A stretch of 64,000 bases of DNA from an uncultured archaeon (lineage in GTDB: Archaea > Asgardarchaeota > Heimdallarchaeia > Heimdallarchaeales > Heimdallarchaeaceae). Position numbers and translations under genes: made by a program. Where the stretch lies: assembly GCA_964590855.1 (NCBI GenBank), contig CAZPXJ010000002.1:21814-85813 (forward strand), in the 5' to 3' direction. Positions 53,248 through 62,186 of the stretch are shown here, piece by piece. How positions within the stretch are numbered: the first letter of the stretch is position 1; every line of letters starts with the position of its first letter. The notes beneath the pieces are model-generated. The model had not been told where the DNA came from and searched no databases. It saw only the letters and a list, made by a program, of their open reading frames with translations.

Positions 53248-54249
53248 TTACCTCATTTTATCTTCGTAGTAATAATTTGGTTTGTAAGTTAATGGCCATT
53301 CAGGCTCATTGTCCAATATCTCATGGATCTGATCCAAAACATCATTAGATAGAACCACATCTGAAGCTTTTACATTTTCAATTACGTGTTCAGGTTTAGT
53401 AACTCCAATTATTGCAGCTGATATTTCTGGTCTTCTTAGAATCCAAGCTAGAGCTAATTGTCCCATAGTAATATCTAAGGTTTTAGCAATTTCTCCTAAT
53501 TTTCTGACTTTATCTAAATTCTCTTCAGTAAGATTCTTCTTCAGAAATTCTGATTTATCAGCTCTACTTCCTTCTGGAATTCCATCATTGTACTTACCTG
53601 TAAGTAATCCCTGTGCAAGTGGAGACCATACGGTGAAACCCATTCCATGAGTTTTAGCAACTGGCATAATTTCCATTTCAATGTGTCTGATGAACATGTT
53701 GTAGAGAGGTTGTTCAACTATGGGTTTGTGTGCTCGAATGTCTTTTGCAATCGCATTTGCTCTTTCTAATTGGGCAGCTGTCCAAACTGATGTACCCCAA
53801 TACCTAACTTTACCGTCTCGTATCAAATCATCTAAAATTTCTACAGTTTCATGCAAAGGTGTCATGTAATCATATCTGTGCATGTAATAGATGTCAATGT
53901 AATCCATGTTTAAACGTTCAAGCGTTCCTTCTATTGCGTTCATCATATTCTTACGACTTAATCCCCATCTGTTCACATCGTAGTCATTCATGGCCCAAAA
54001 TAGCTTACTTGAAATAACTAGATCTTTCCGATTATAAGTTTCATCAGCTAAGAATTCTGCAATAACTTTCTCTGCTCCACCTTTAGCATAGATTTCAGCT
54101 GAATCTATGAAATTAATTCCATTGTCTATAGCTGTAGCTATGCATTTTTTCGCAATTTCATTCTCAACTGATCCACCGAAGGTTAACCATGATCCTAATG
54201 ATATTTCACTTACTTTTAATCCAGATTTACCTACTTTTCTGTACTTCAT
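53248..54249 (-). CDS. Aldo/keto reductase (Kv-beta/AKR-like)
   Basis: It has MKYRKVGKSGLKVSEISLGSW, FIDSAEIYA, IDIYYMHR and VWSPLAQGLLTGKY. Confidence 0.9.
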   Translation of the reverse strand: MKYRKVGKSGLKVSEISLGSWLTFGGSVENEIAKKCIATAIDNGINFIDSAEIYAKGGAEKVIAEFLADETYNRKDLVISSKLFWAMNDYDVNRWGLSRKNMMNAIEGTLERLNMDYIDIYYMHRYDYMTPLHETVEILDDLIRDGKVRYWGTSVWTAAQLERANAIAKDIRAHKPIVEQPLYNMFIRHIEMEIMPVAKTHGMGFTVWSPLAQGLLTGKYNDGIPEGSRADKSEFLKKNLTEENLDKVRKLGEIAKTLDITMGQLALAWILRRPEISAAIIGVTKPEHVIENVKASDVVLSNDVLDQIHEILDNEPEWPLTYKPNYYYEDKMR

Positions 54250-54433
54250 ACAATCACTAATCGATTATTGTCTAAAGAGAAGTTGGAATATACAAAATAA
54301 AAAGGATATGGAATTGCAAATATTGTTAAACAAAAGATGTTCACAAACTCAAAATAGAAGTACACTTTCCACTTTTAAGTATAAAGAAAAAACTATTAAT
54401 GTTAGAACACCATTTCTCAATCGGTGTTAGAAC

Positions 54434-55606
54434 ATGGTTTCAGATAATGAAGTCATATCATACTTCGAAAATCCTAAATCTCCTCTCCCAATGAATTTCA
54501 TCGCAGAGGGTGTAAAGGAAGTTAATACAATAATTGCAGCAATAAATCCAAGGGCAACAGAAGAAGTTATCAGAGGAATCTTAAGAGCTGCAAAAAAGAC
54601 ACTTTCAGTTGTAATTTTTGAATTAGCTTTAAGTGAAATGTCTCTCAAAGGTGGATATACAGGGTATACTCCACAAAAATTTGCTGACCGATGTAAGTCT
54701 GCTGCAGAAAAAGAGAAGTGGTTTGCTTATTCTCTTCATGCAGATCATCTCACTGTAAAAAAAGGTACAGATGAAGAGATGGCAAATGTAATGAAAGAGA
54801 TAGAAGCTAGAGTAGAAAGTGGTTTTACTGGATATGCTATAGATACTTCTTTCCTATTTGATAGAGAATCAAAAAATGTTGAAGGACATCTCAAAAACAT
54901 CCTTGCTAAAGGGCTTATTTTATTTGACTTCTTGAAAGAAAAGATGGGTCAAAAAGAATATGGGCTTGAAGGTGAAGTTGGAGAAATAGGAATAACAGAA
55001 TTTACTTCCGTAGAAGAAGCAACTCACTATGTTAAGTCGTTAGCCGAAAATAATGTTAAGATTGATTATCTCGCAATAGCCAATGGTTCCACTCATGGAG
55101 TAAGTGTTAATGCTAAAGGTGAGGTGGTTCCCCAACTTGGTATAAATGTTCAGAGAACTGTTGAAATAGTAGATGCTCTCAAGAAAATAGGTATCTCAAC
55201 TAGAATTGCTCAACATGGAATCACAGGAACTCCTGTGGATGTTATTGCATCAACGTTCCCCCATGGAAATATTGCTAAGGGAAATATAGGTACATTTTGG
55301 CAAAGATTAGTATATGAGATTCTAGAAGAATATGAACCTGATTTGTATGCAAGAATGAAAAAATGGATTTTAGAAACTTATGGCAAACCTGAAGTTGAAG
55401 ATGCAACAACCTTTGCTAAGAATTCTAAGTATGCCTGGAAAGAATATTTTGATGAGGTGGAAAATATACGTCAGGAAACTAAAGAAGCAATAATTAATAA
55501 AGCTGAAGCAGACATGAGTGCGTTCATTAAAGCTTTGAAAATGAGCAATACTGCTGTAATCTGCTTTAAATATATGGCTGAAAACCAACTGTTAGAAAAA
55601 TATTAG
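54434..55606 (+). CDS. Class II (metal-dependent) ketose-bisphosphate aldolase family protein
   Basis: It has LHADHL (HxDH), a TIM-barrel pattern, LEGEVGEIG, LAIANGSTHG and IAQHGITGTP, corresponding to the FBA-II/tagatose-BP aldolase blocks. Confidence 0.6.
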   Translation: MVSDNEVISYFENPKSPLPMNFIAEGVKEVNTIIAAINPRATEEVIRGILRAAKKTLSVVIFELALSEMSLKGGYTGYTPQKFADRCKSAAEKEKWFAYSLHADHLTVKKGTDEEMANVMKEIEARVESGFTGYAIDTSFLFDRESKNVEGHLKNILAKGLILFDFLKEKMGQKEYGLEGEVGEIGITEFTSVEEATHYVKSLAENNVKIDYLAIANGSTHGVSVNAKGEVVPQLGINVQRTVEIVDALKKIGISTRIAQHGITGTPVDVIASTFPHGNIAKGNIGTFWQRLVYEILEEYEPDLYARMKKWILETYGKPEVEDATTFAKNSKYAWKEYFDEVENIRQETKEAIINKAEADMSAFIKALKMSNTAVICFKYMAENQLLEKY

Positions 55607-55617
55607 GAATTGAAAAA

Positions 55618-56535
55618 ATGTCAATAAAAAAATATCATACTGTAGAATCTTATCTTGAAGAAGTAAAACCTGAAGATCTTAGAGAGATAATCAAGGAATT
55701 GATTACTATTAGCTTAGATGTTCCTAAACAAATACTTACATTTTTACTAGGAGAAAATGATTATTCTGGGACTCTTAATCTCTCAGGTGATAATCAATTG
55801 AGTCTTGATATCGCTACTCAAGAATTATTTCTACAAAGAATGCCCAATAATCTTTACAGTTTATTATTAGGAGAAGAAACTGATGAAGAAAATATAATGA
55901 GAGGAACTGGAGAACTTATTATCTTAGGGGATTTTATAGATGGCTCTTCTATCATCAGAAGTAGAAGCCCTGGAGCAATTGTCAATATTATTGATCAGAA
56001 GGGACATACTATTGCTGCTCTAACAGTTAGTTATACGCTATATCTGCGATTTGATTTAGCAACTGAATTAGGTTTTATTCAATTTGTTTATGATGGTGAA
56101 TCTTTTCGGGTTTTAAGAGATAGTTTAGATATAAGTCCTAGTAAAAATCCTGTTTTTGGTTTAGGCGGGAAATATAATGATCACTCAGCAAAAGAGAAAT
56201 TATTTGTTGATGCTTTAGATATCAAAGGAAAAAATCGTTATGGCGGTTGTATGGTACAAGATATGAATAATGTATTTGAAAAAACTGGTGTATTTGGTTA
56301 TTTTTCACCTAAATTACGTTTTTGTTACGAAGTAATTCCATATCTCTACATTCTGTCAAAAGTAAATGGGGATGGTTTCTACATAACTGCTGATGGTCAT
56401 GAAATTAAGTACGAAAGCTTAAAACCATTAGATGTCAACAAATTAACTTCTCTTCACTATCTCCATCAAAGAGCAGGATTTGTTGGTGGGTCGAAAGACT
56501 TGATTGATCTCTGGTTTAAGATTGAAGATCTTTAA
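55618..56535 (+). CDS. Class I fructose-1,6-bisphosphatase family protein (divergent)
   Basis: It is collinear with the E. coli Fbp blocks: NLSGDNQLSLDIATQELF, LLGEETDE, ILGDFIDGSS (DPLDGSS equivalent, both Asp kept), YGGCMVQDMNNVF, LRFCYEVIP and LHQRAGFVGG. Confidence 0.65.
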   Translation: MSIKKYHTVESYLEEVKPEDLREIIKELITISLDVPKQILTFLLGENDYSGTLNLSGDNQLSLDIATQELFLQRMPNNLYSLLLGEETDEENIMRGTGELIILGDFIDGSSIIRSRSPGAIVNIIDQKGHTIAALTVSYTLYLRFDLATELGFIQFVYDGESFRVLRDSLDISPSKNPVFGLGGKYNDHSAKEKLFVDALDIKGKNRYGGCMVQDMNNVFEKTGVFGYFSPKLRFCYEVIPYLYILSKVNGDGFYITADGHEIKYESLKPLDVNKLTSLHYLHQRAGFVGGSKDLIDLWFKIEDL

Positions 56536-56979
56536 CTAATTTTTTTTCTCAACCCTTTTCTTTTCTTCTTCTGTTTTTCTACGTCTAATTTCTTTTTCAC
56601 TAAGAAGCATATAGATAAAGAATCGAATGGGTTCATGAAGAGGTTGGTAGATATCAGGATTGAAATCTTGAGCATGAGGGCAAAGGTCATCAATCAGAAA
56701 TTCATCTATTTCTAGGTCATATATTAAGGGATAGTAAGTGCATCCTTCAGGTCTATCTTCGTAGATACTACATAAACCATTCTTAAGGAAAAAACATTTG
56801 TTTTCAATATTTCTTAAAACCATAAACCCATCTTGTTCCTCCAGGAATTCATCAATTTTAAATCCTAAATCAGAAATTCTTGTGATATCTTTCTCTGATA
56901 ACGGCATTTCTGTCTCTAGACAACATTCATGGCAGTTTTCAGAATAGGGACAATAAAATTCTGATTTAGTAGTAGTCAT
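56536..56979 (-). CDS. YkgJ-family (UPF0153, CxxCxxCC) zinc/iron-chelating cysteine-cluster protein
   Basis: It has CPYSENCHECC ... CFFLKNGLCSIYEDRPEGCTYYP. Confidence 0.7.
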   Translation of the reverse strand: MTTTKSEFYCPYSENCHECCLETEMPLSEKDITRISDLGFKIDEFLEEQDGFMVLRNIENKCFFLKNGLCSIYEDRPEGCTYYPLIYDLEIDEFLIDDLCPHAQDFNPDIYQPLHEPIRFFIYMLLSEKEIRRRKTEEEKKRVEKKN

Positions 56980-56991
56980 TTTCTTACCTGT

Positions 56992-58368
56992 TTATTGAAT
57001 TTTTGCAATTTCGCCTTTGATTCTTTCCCCAAATTCAAGTGCTAACTCTTCTATGATCTCTATGCTATCAGCTTCTATTGTCATTCTGATTATTGGGGAA
57101 GTGTTTGATGCTCTTATTAGGACCCATCCCTCCTTTAAATTGACTCTCACGCCATCTAGAGTGTTTATGTCTTCATATGTTAAGGAGAGACTTTGTTTAA
57201 GATTTTCAACTGCTATAAATTTAACCTGATCATCACATTCTATTTCTGCTTTTTTTATTGGATATATTGGGATTTTGTCCACTAAAGTTGACAGTCTTTG
57301 TTTTTCTCTATTAAGTATTTCTGCGATTTTTAATGGTGTAACCACAGCATCATCAAACAGAAAATACTCTGGAATAATTATGTGGCCGCTTGATTCTATT
57401 CCTAGTGGTGATTTTTCTTCTTTAGCTTCAATAGTCAAGAAGGTATGTCCAACTGGAATTTGTTTAACTTTGAATCCTAATGGCTCAAGCTGTTCTGCAA
57501 CTGCCTTAGAACACTCAACATTAACTATTATTGTGCCTTTGTACTCAGCTAAACCATATTTTCCAATTATGATTCCAGTTTGATCTGCAGATAGAATTTT
57601 ACCTTTATCATCCACGATTACTGCTCTATCTCCATCTCCATCGAAAGCTACTCCAAAATCGCAGTTTTGCTTTTGAACTGCTTCAACAATCTTTAGAAGG
57701 TTTTTAGGTTTGGGGTCTGAAGGTCTACCTGAAAAAGTTGGGTCAGTTTTACAGAAGATCGGGACAATTTCAATTCCTAATGAAGTAAACAGATTAGGAG
57801 CTGAGAGTGTTGTACTCCCACCACCACAATCTAAAGCAACTTTTAATTTAGTAATGAAATTAAATCTATCTTTGAAGAATGATTCGTAATCGCTTGTAAT
57901 ATCTTTAATCTCCAAATTACCTAGTTTTTTCCATGATACTAAATTGTAATTTTTATTTATCGCTATATCGCGAATCTTCAAGATTTCTTCTTCAGAAAAA
58001 CCTACTCCATCTGAGTGATAGAATTTTATTCCATTCCATTCTGGTGGAAGATGACTTGCTGTGATGAATGCAGTAGCTTTCTTATCTAGCTTCCATCCTG
58101 CATATAATGTTTGTCCAAATGCGGTTGTACCTACATAGGTTATATCTACACCAGTTGAAAGAACTCCTGAGATAAAGGAATAAGTAAGAGGATAACTTGA
58201 TTGTCTGATTTCATTACCAACTGCAACAGCTTTCCCCTTTAGTTTCTGGCTGACATATGTTCCAAACGCTAAGCCAATTTGATACATAATGGTTGAAGTT
58301 AAATCCTCATTGTACAGACCTCGAATATCATACGCCCTGAATATGTGAGATGGAATTTCATCGTTCAT
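56992..58368 (-). CDS. Phosphoglucomutase/phosphomannomutase (or phosphoglucosamine mutase) family enzyme
   Basis: It has IFRAYDIRG, the active-site loop TASHLPPEWNGIKF, the Mg site GVAFDGDGDRAVIVD, GIESSGH and IRASNTSPIIR. Confidence 0.9.
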   Translation of the reverse strand: MNDEIPSHIFRAYDIRGLYNEDLTSTIMYQIGLAFGTYVSQKLKGKAVAVGNEIRQSSYPLTYSFISGVLSTGVDITYVGTTAFGQTLYAGWKLDKKATAFITASHLPPEWNGIKFYHSDGVGFSEEEILKIRDIAINKNYNLVSWKKLGNLEIKDITSDYESFFKDRFNFITKLKVALDCGGGSTTLSAPNLFTSLGIEIVPIFCKTDPTFSGRPSDPKPKNLLKIVEAVQKQNCDFGVAFDGDGDRAVIVDDKGKILSADQTGIIIGKYGLAEYKGTIIVNVECSKAVAEQLEPLGFKVKQIPVGHTFLTIEAKEEKSPLGIESSGHIIIPEYFLFDDAVVTPLKIAEILNREKQRLSTLVDKIPIYPIKKAEIECDDQVKFIAVENLKQSLSLTYEDINTLDGVRVNLKEGWVLIRASNTSPIIRMTIEADSIEIIEELALEFGERIKGEIAKIQ

Positions 58369-58462
58369 TGCTTTAGTTGAAAATTCTTTGTATAAAAATT
58401 TAATTGCTTTTGAAGTTTCTCCAGAAAAATCTTTTATTAAAGCTCAGTAGAGTTTCAGAAAT

Positions 58463-59206
58463 ATGCATCTCGCGGTGGTTTATGTAATTGTCTTTATTAG
58501 CTCATATGTTATAGGTTCTATTCCTTTTAGTTGGATAGTTACAAAGTTAAAAACAGGTCAGGATCTTAGACAAGTGGGTTCAGGAAACGTTGGTGGTAGA
58601 AATGTATATCGTGCAACTCAATCTAGGAACTGGGCATTATTTGCAGGATTTTTGGATGTATTGCGTTCAGTAACCGCTGTAGCTGTACCGTTTATTGTCT
58701 CAAAAATATTATATTTTGATCCTGTATATAGTGGCATCTTAGAACCATTAACTTCTTTCTTTCCAGATACTATCCTTTGTTTTAGTTTAGCAGTATCTGG
58801 TGTTGGTGCAATATTAGGACATAATTGGCCACTTTATCTATTATCTAGTGGTGGCAAGGGGATTACTGTTGTACTTGCTTCCATGCTTGTTGCTAATCCT
58901 ATAATTATTGCATTTTGGATTGTACTATGGCCTATAGTGATTACAATCGTTGGTTACTCTTCAATTACTTACATAGTTGTTACTGCACTTTGTGGAGTAA
59001 TTGCACTTTTTCTACCCGCAGTTATGTTAATGCCTTGGGCTCAATGTAATCTAGCAATTGCAATTCTTCTATTCGTCATAGCATTAGTTATGGTTAGTCG
59101 TCAAAGAGATAATTTCCGTAAAATTAAATCCGGCGAAGCAAAGAAAATGAAAATATGGAAAGCCTTAGGCGGCAAAAAGAAGATGTCTGAAGAAATTTTA
59201 AAGTAA
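58463..59206 (+). CDS. plsY: PlsY-family acyl-phosphate:glycerol-3-phosphate acyltransferase homologue
   Basis: All four PlsY blocks are present: IGSIPFSW, DLRQVGSGNVGGRNVYR, LGHNWPLYL and SGGKGITVV. It has ~6 TM helices. Confidence 0.8.
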   Translation: MHLAVVYVIVFISSYVIGSIPFSWIVTKLKTGQDLRQVGSGNVGGRNVYRATQSRNWALFAGFLDVLRSVTAVAVPFIVSKILYFDPVYSGILEPLTSFFPDTILCFSLAVSGVGAILGHNWPLYLLSSGGKGITVVLASMLVANPIIIAFWIVLWPIVITIVGYSSITYIVVTALCGVIALFLPAVMLMPWAQCNLAIAILLFVIALVMVSRQRDNFRKIKSGEAKKMKIWKALGGKKKMSEEILK

Positions 59207-59230
59207 GATTGAGAACTGTTACTTTCTCTC

Positions 59231-60073
59231 TTATTTGAAAGCAGTAACAGTGATACTTTGAACTGAACTACCAAATGCAATAACATCTTCTTTATCTTCA
59301 CCAAAATCTTCCATGTCAACCTCAGTTCCATCTAGGATTATCTTGAGGTCTGAATCACCCTCTCCTTTTTCGGCATTGATTTCTTGTGTAATCTTTTTTC
59401 CTTTTTCTAACACTTGGATATCCTTGAAACCTGCTTTTTCAATCATACCCAAATAGATGTCCTTCAATTCAGCACCAGCTACACATGCAGCAAGAAGTTT
59501 TTTGTTGTTTCTGACTGATTCTGGAAGTGGTTTAAGTAGAACAATATCTGAGATTGACATTCTTCCTCCTGGTTTAAGAATTCTATATGCTTCATCAAAT
59601 ACTCGTTGTTTTTCTGGTGACAAGTTTATTACACAATTAGATATAATTACATCTGCATGATTATCTGCAACGGGTAAATTTTCTATTTCCCCTAATCTGA
59701 ACTCGACATTTGTTATATTGTTCTTTTCAGCATTGCTTCTTGCCAAATCAATCATATTTGGGGTCATATCTATACCGATAGCTCTTCCAGTTTGACCAAT
59801 TTTTGTAGAAGATAAGAACACATCTAGTCCTCCACCTGATCCTAAATCAACCACTACTTCTCCTTCTTTTAGAGATGCAATAGCTGTTGGATTTCCACAT
59901 CCAAGTCCCAGAATTGATTCAGCTGGAATACTATCTAATTCATCTCTTGTATATCCAATTGCTGTATTGATATTTTCAGTACTGGATTTAGTATCATCAC
60001 AACAAGATGTTTTGTTCCTTGCTATCTTTCCATACTCTCTCCGAACAGTCTTTCTAACTTCATTTTTTTCCAT
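59231..60073 (-). CDS. arsM: Arsenite S-adenosylmethionine methyltransferase
   Basis: It has VRREYGKIA, the N-terminal CC pair, LGLGCGNP, VVDLGSGGGLDVF, GIDMTPNMIDLAR, ISNCVINLSPEK, ILKPGGRMSISD and AACVAGA, giving the full ArsM block order. Confidence 0.9.
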   Translation of the reverse strand: MEKNEVRKTVRREYGKIARNKTSCCDDTKSSTENINTAIGYTRDELDSIPAESILGLGCGNPTAIASLKEGEVVVDLGSGGGLDVFLSSTKIGQTGRAIGIDMTPNMIDLARSNAEKNNITNVEFRLGEIENLPVADNHADVIISNCVINLSPEKQRVFDEAYRILKPGGRMSISDIVLLKPLPESVRNNKKLLAACVAGAELKDIYLGMIEKAGFKDIQVLEKGKKITQEINAEKGEGDSDLKIILDGTEVDMEDFGEDKEDVIAFGSSVQSITVTAFK

Positions 60074-60103
60074 GAGAATTCCTCCTATTTTTTTTATCTT
60101 TAT

Positions 60104-60406
60104 TTATTCTGTCTGATTTCCAATAACACTTTTCATAATTGGTTTCAACGCAATTCTAACCATGTTATCCATTTTATCAGCTTTCATCAGAGAAATACTA
60201 GTTAATTCGCCTTTTTCTCGCATACCAACTACAATTAGTCTGTCTCCTTCATTGATATTCATCTTATCTCGCAAACCTTTAGGTAGAACAATTTGCCCTC
60301 TGCTATCTACATGAACAACACCTTCAATGTGACAGCATCCAAAATCTTTGGTACTAGCAGAGCAACAGGGTTCGGTATTCTTTTGTGAATTCATTGTTCT
60401 CAACAT
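60104..60406 (-). CDS. AbrB/SpoVT-type looped-hinge-helix DNA-binding protein with an N-terminal CC-x8-CC motif
   Basis: VVHVDSRGQIVLPKGLRDKMNINEGDRLIV is a canonical SpoVT-AbrB motif. It is preceded by EPCCSASTKDFGCCH. The gene lies 30 nt upstream of arsM on the same strand. Confidence 0.75.
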   Translation of the reverse strand: MLRTMNSQKNTEPCCSASTKDFGCCHIEGVVHVDSRGQIVLPKGLRDKMNINEGDRLIVVGMREKGELTSISLMKADKMDNMVRIALKPIMKSVIGNQTE

Positions 60407-60432
60407 ACTCTTGTATCGAACGATTATAAGGT

Positions 60433-60469
60433 TTCTGATATTTCAGAAAAATCAGAAAAATCAGAAATT
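60433..60469. promoter_or_regulatory. Inverted repeat TTCTGA-TATT-TCAGAA overlapping three tandem 9-mers (TCAGAAAAA, TCAGAAAAA, TCAGAAATT) in the divergent abrB-arsM / fap7 promoter region
   Basis: Read directly. It lies 27-63 nt upstream of the AbrB-like start (60406). Confidence 0.45.
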
Positions 60470-60518
60470 GCTATATTGTGACTAAATGCTTTTATTCGTT
60501 CACTAATAGTCAATTTTA

Positions 60519-61016
60519 ATGAAAAGAGTTATTGAAGTAACTGGAACTCCAGGTACAGGTAAAACAACTCTAACTCAGCTACTCATAAAAGAAGGGTATA
60601 CTGTGGTAGAACTGAGTCAGAAAATCAAAGATGAACAACTTTACGAGTACTTTGATGAAGACATGCAAAGTTATGTTGTTGATGATGATAAATTAAATGA
60701 GTATCTGCTCAAGATGATTGAAAATCATTCTGCAGAATTACCTTTAATTATTGAAGGACATGTAGCGCGACTCCCCTCCTCCTATGTATTGCACTGCATT
60801 GTTCTCAGATGTTCGGTTCTCAATTTACGACAGAGACTGGTGGTGCGAGATTATGCCGAACCGAAGATCGATGAGAACGTTGAAGCCGAGATTATGGAGG
60901 TTATTTTGACTGACATGCTTCACCTTTACGGTGAAGAAAACGTTACAGTCATCTCAACTGATGGGGCAATTGAGGACTCTTTTGAACGTTTATTGTCAGT
61001 CGTAAGATCAATGTAA
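60519..61016 (+). CDS. fap7: Adenylate kinase isoenzyme 6 / Fap7-type NTPase
   Basis: It has the P-loop VTGTPGTGKTTL, a size of ~165 aa, and IIEGHVA and R..L..R blocks typical of archaeal Fap7. Confidence 0.75.
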   Translation: MKRVIEVTGTPGTGKTTLTQLLIKEGYTVVELSQKIKDEQLYEYFDEDMQSYVVDDDKLNEYLLKMIENHSAELPLIIEGHVARLPSSYVLHCIVLRCSVLNLRQRLVVRDYAEPKIDENVEAEIMEVILTDMLHLYGEENVTVISTDGAIEDSFERLLSVVRSM

Positions 61017-61027
61017 ATAAGAAGATT

Positions 61028-61387
61028 TTATCCTGCGATTCTTATGGATAAAATTCCTCTTTTGTCTTTGATAACTGAGACAGCCTCGTTTGGAGCAACT
61101 ATTGTAAATCCTTTAGTTTTGTTATTTTTTGCAAATAGCTTAGTCCATTTGAAGTCATCTCCACCTTCAATTGAAAACAATTTTATGCCAACGAATTTAT
61201 CATAGTCAATCTTAGTCATTGTTTTTTCAATTAAGGTTAGCTCTTCTGTATGTGAAAGTCCATCTTCGAGAACAAGGATTGTGTTTCTAACAACTTTTGA
61301 TAAGATGTAACTAACTTTTTCTTCTGACGAAAGGTCTGTTGTTTCCGAATAAGGTATAAAATCCACTCTATACTTCATTTCTATCAC
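61028..61387 (-). CDS. Conserved-looking small protein translationally coupled to the upstream GTPase (possibly the archaeal DUF2073-type partner; family name uncertain)
   Basis: Its start overlaps the GTPase stop by 4 nt. It is 119 aa with no recognisable motif. Confidence 0.35.
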   Translation of the reverse strand: MIEMKYRVDFIPYSETTDLSSEEKVSYILSKVVRNTILVLEDGLSHTEELTLIEKTMTKIDYDKFVGIKLFSIEGGDDFKWTKLFAKNNKTKGFTIVAPNEAVSVIKDKRGILSIRIAG

Positions 61388-61998
61388 TTCACCTTCTTCG
61401 CCATACTGGCGATTGTATCGTAAAGAGTGTCTATTCCATCTCCTTGCATAGCTGAAATAGGAACTACGGTATAATCCTGAAAAGCATCTTTAACCATTCT
61501 AATGTCCGCATCAAGTAAATCAATTTTGTTTGGTACGAGTATGAACGGTTTTTTCTGATGTTCTAAATTACCAATAATTGTAAAATTCACTTGATCAAAG
61601 GGTGATCTAGATGCATCTATAACTACTAGCGCCACATCAACATTTTCTAAGAACTTTATTGCATCCACTATTCCTCTGGTTGCTTCTTTAGCTCTTTGCA
61701 TTGCTTCTGATGCCGATAATCCATGTTTCATGAATTCCTTTGGATTAACAGAAGAAGCTATTCCTGGCATATCAATTAAAGTTAGGTCTAGTTGAGTACC
61801 ATTTGAAGCGAAGTTCACTTTCTCAAGTTTTTGTATAGTTCTTGTTTCATGTGGAATTTCACTTACGATTCCCACTTCCTGGTCTGCCCAATCTTTCCCT
61901 ATTTTATTGGCGAGAGTAGTTTTTCCAGCGTTCACTTCACCATAGAACCCTAAATTTATTGATTTTGGCTTAGATTTCAGCCATAATCTCCATGACAA
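61384..61998 (-). CDS. TRAFAC-class small GTP-binding protein (Era/EngB-like)
   Basis: G1 is GEVNAGKTT, G3 is DMPGI, G4 is NKIDL and G5 is SAM. Confidence 0.75.
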   Translation of the reverse strand: MSWRLWLKSKPKSINLGFYGEVNAGKTTLANKIGKDWADQEVGIVSEIPHETRTIQKLEKVNFASNGTQLDLTLIDMPGIASSVNPKEFMKHGLSASEAMQRAKEATRGIVDAIKFLENVDVALVVIDASRSPFDQVNFTIIGNLEHQKKPFILVPNKIDLLDADIRMVKDAFQDYTVVPISAMQGDGIDTLYDTIASMAKKVK

Positions 61999-62186
61999 TT
62001 ATTTCACCTAGTGAATCATTCGCTATAGTTAACTTAAAACGAAATATTATTGACATCACACGCTGGTATTACGTGTTATACTTTTATCATGAGTTTGTGA
62101 CTTATTTTACTTGATGAATATTATTAAAAACTTATTAAAAACGTATTTCTTACAAGATACTAGAGTATCGCGGGATGTAATTTAAC

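Noticed and set aside
60443-60469. Tandem 9-mers, considered as a possible mini CRISPR or satellite.
   Set aside because: There are only three units, with no spacers and no cas genes in the window. The position in a divergent promoter fits an operator better. I found no CRISPR array anywhere in the 64 kb.
62121-62142. A tandem 11-mer TTATTAAAAAC x2 upstream of the sulfotransferase gene.
   Set aside because: There are only two copies of a low-complexity A/T motif, which is indistinguishable from background in this genome.
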